Assembly (NCBI GenBank): GCA_028826165.1
Contig: JAPDFW010000085.1
Location: forward strand, 124,001-188,000
Length of the DNA: 64,000 nucleotides
DNA from: Anaeramoeba ignava BMAN
Lineage: Eukaryota > Protista > Anaeramoebae
Direction: 5' to 3'
In this document: positions 63,878 through 64,000 of the stretch, piece by piece
Numbering within the stretch: position 1 is the first letter of the stretch
Layout: each line of letters begins with the position of its first letter
Notes under the pieces: model-generated
What the model was told of the DNA's origin: nothing
What the model saw: the letters and a program-made list of their open reading frames with translations, nothing else
Database searches by the model: none
Translations under genes and position numbers: made by a program

Positions 63878-64000
63878 TCAATTATTAACATTTTTGTTTT
63901 TAATTTGTCCAAGAGCTTGAAGAAGTATATTAAAATTATTTGAGTCAAGTATTTTAACTTGTGGTTGATTTTGATTTTGATTTTGATTTTGATTTTGATT
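63878..64000 (-). CDS. 3' end of a gene entering from the right (NQNQ...PQVKILDSNNFNILLQALGQIKNKNVNN*)
   Basis: Open frame with coding-like sequence following a QN tract. Confidence 0.5.
   Translation of the reverse strand, partial: NQNQNQNQNQNQPQVKILDSNNFNILLQALGQIKNKNVNN

Noticed and set aside
1-64000. tRNA/rRNA genes, group II introns, U12 introns, transposases
   Set aside because: No GC-rich structured segments, no GTATCC/AT-AC donors, and no RT or DDE motifs seen by eye; small ncRNAs cannot be excluded without Infernal/tRNAscan

Overview
Extremely AT-rich, intron-containing eukaryotic nuclear DNA, not prokaryotic. The RCC1-BTB gene arrays, (QN)n tracts and microsatellite-filled introns resemble the anaerobic metamonad Anaeramoeba, but that identification is inference only. 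About 23 protein-coding genes can be rebuilt by hand using GT-AG splicing: LRR-PP2C, IQ-DH-PH-Kelch RhoGEF, a putative transcription factor, snurportin-1, F-box/LRR, Tul1-type RING E3, cyclin A/B, Qc-SNARE, MYG1, an orphan gene of foreign-looking composition, F-box/TMEM185-like, three tandem RCC1-BTB genes, a coiled-coil gene with a 10-nt micro-exon, PH-like/VPS9, an IBB-less importin-alpha, delta-COP, coiled-coil/PH, PSMD9, a coiled-coil ORF, an ankyrin protein and one partial gene. Roughly a third of the window is simple tandem repeat, mostly in 0.3-3.6 kb introns that each carry a private repeat unit. The best candidate novel system is the 33-42 kb block of ubiquitin-ligase adaptors, whose RCC1 propellers keep a near-identical scaffold but are hypervariable at ligand-face loops. 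Other notable signals are an importin-alpha with the IBB replaced by another domain, an A-to-T synonymous-codon gradient along exons, AAG splice acceptors, and intron satellites whose units lack AG on the sense strand. No RNA genes, CRISPR arrays, inteins or transposases were recognised. Several single-base frameshifts are probably assembly errors.
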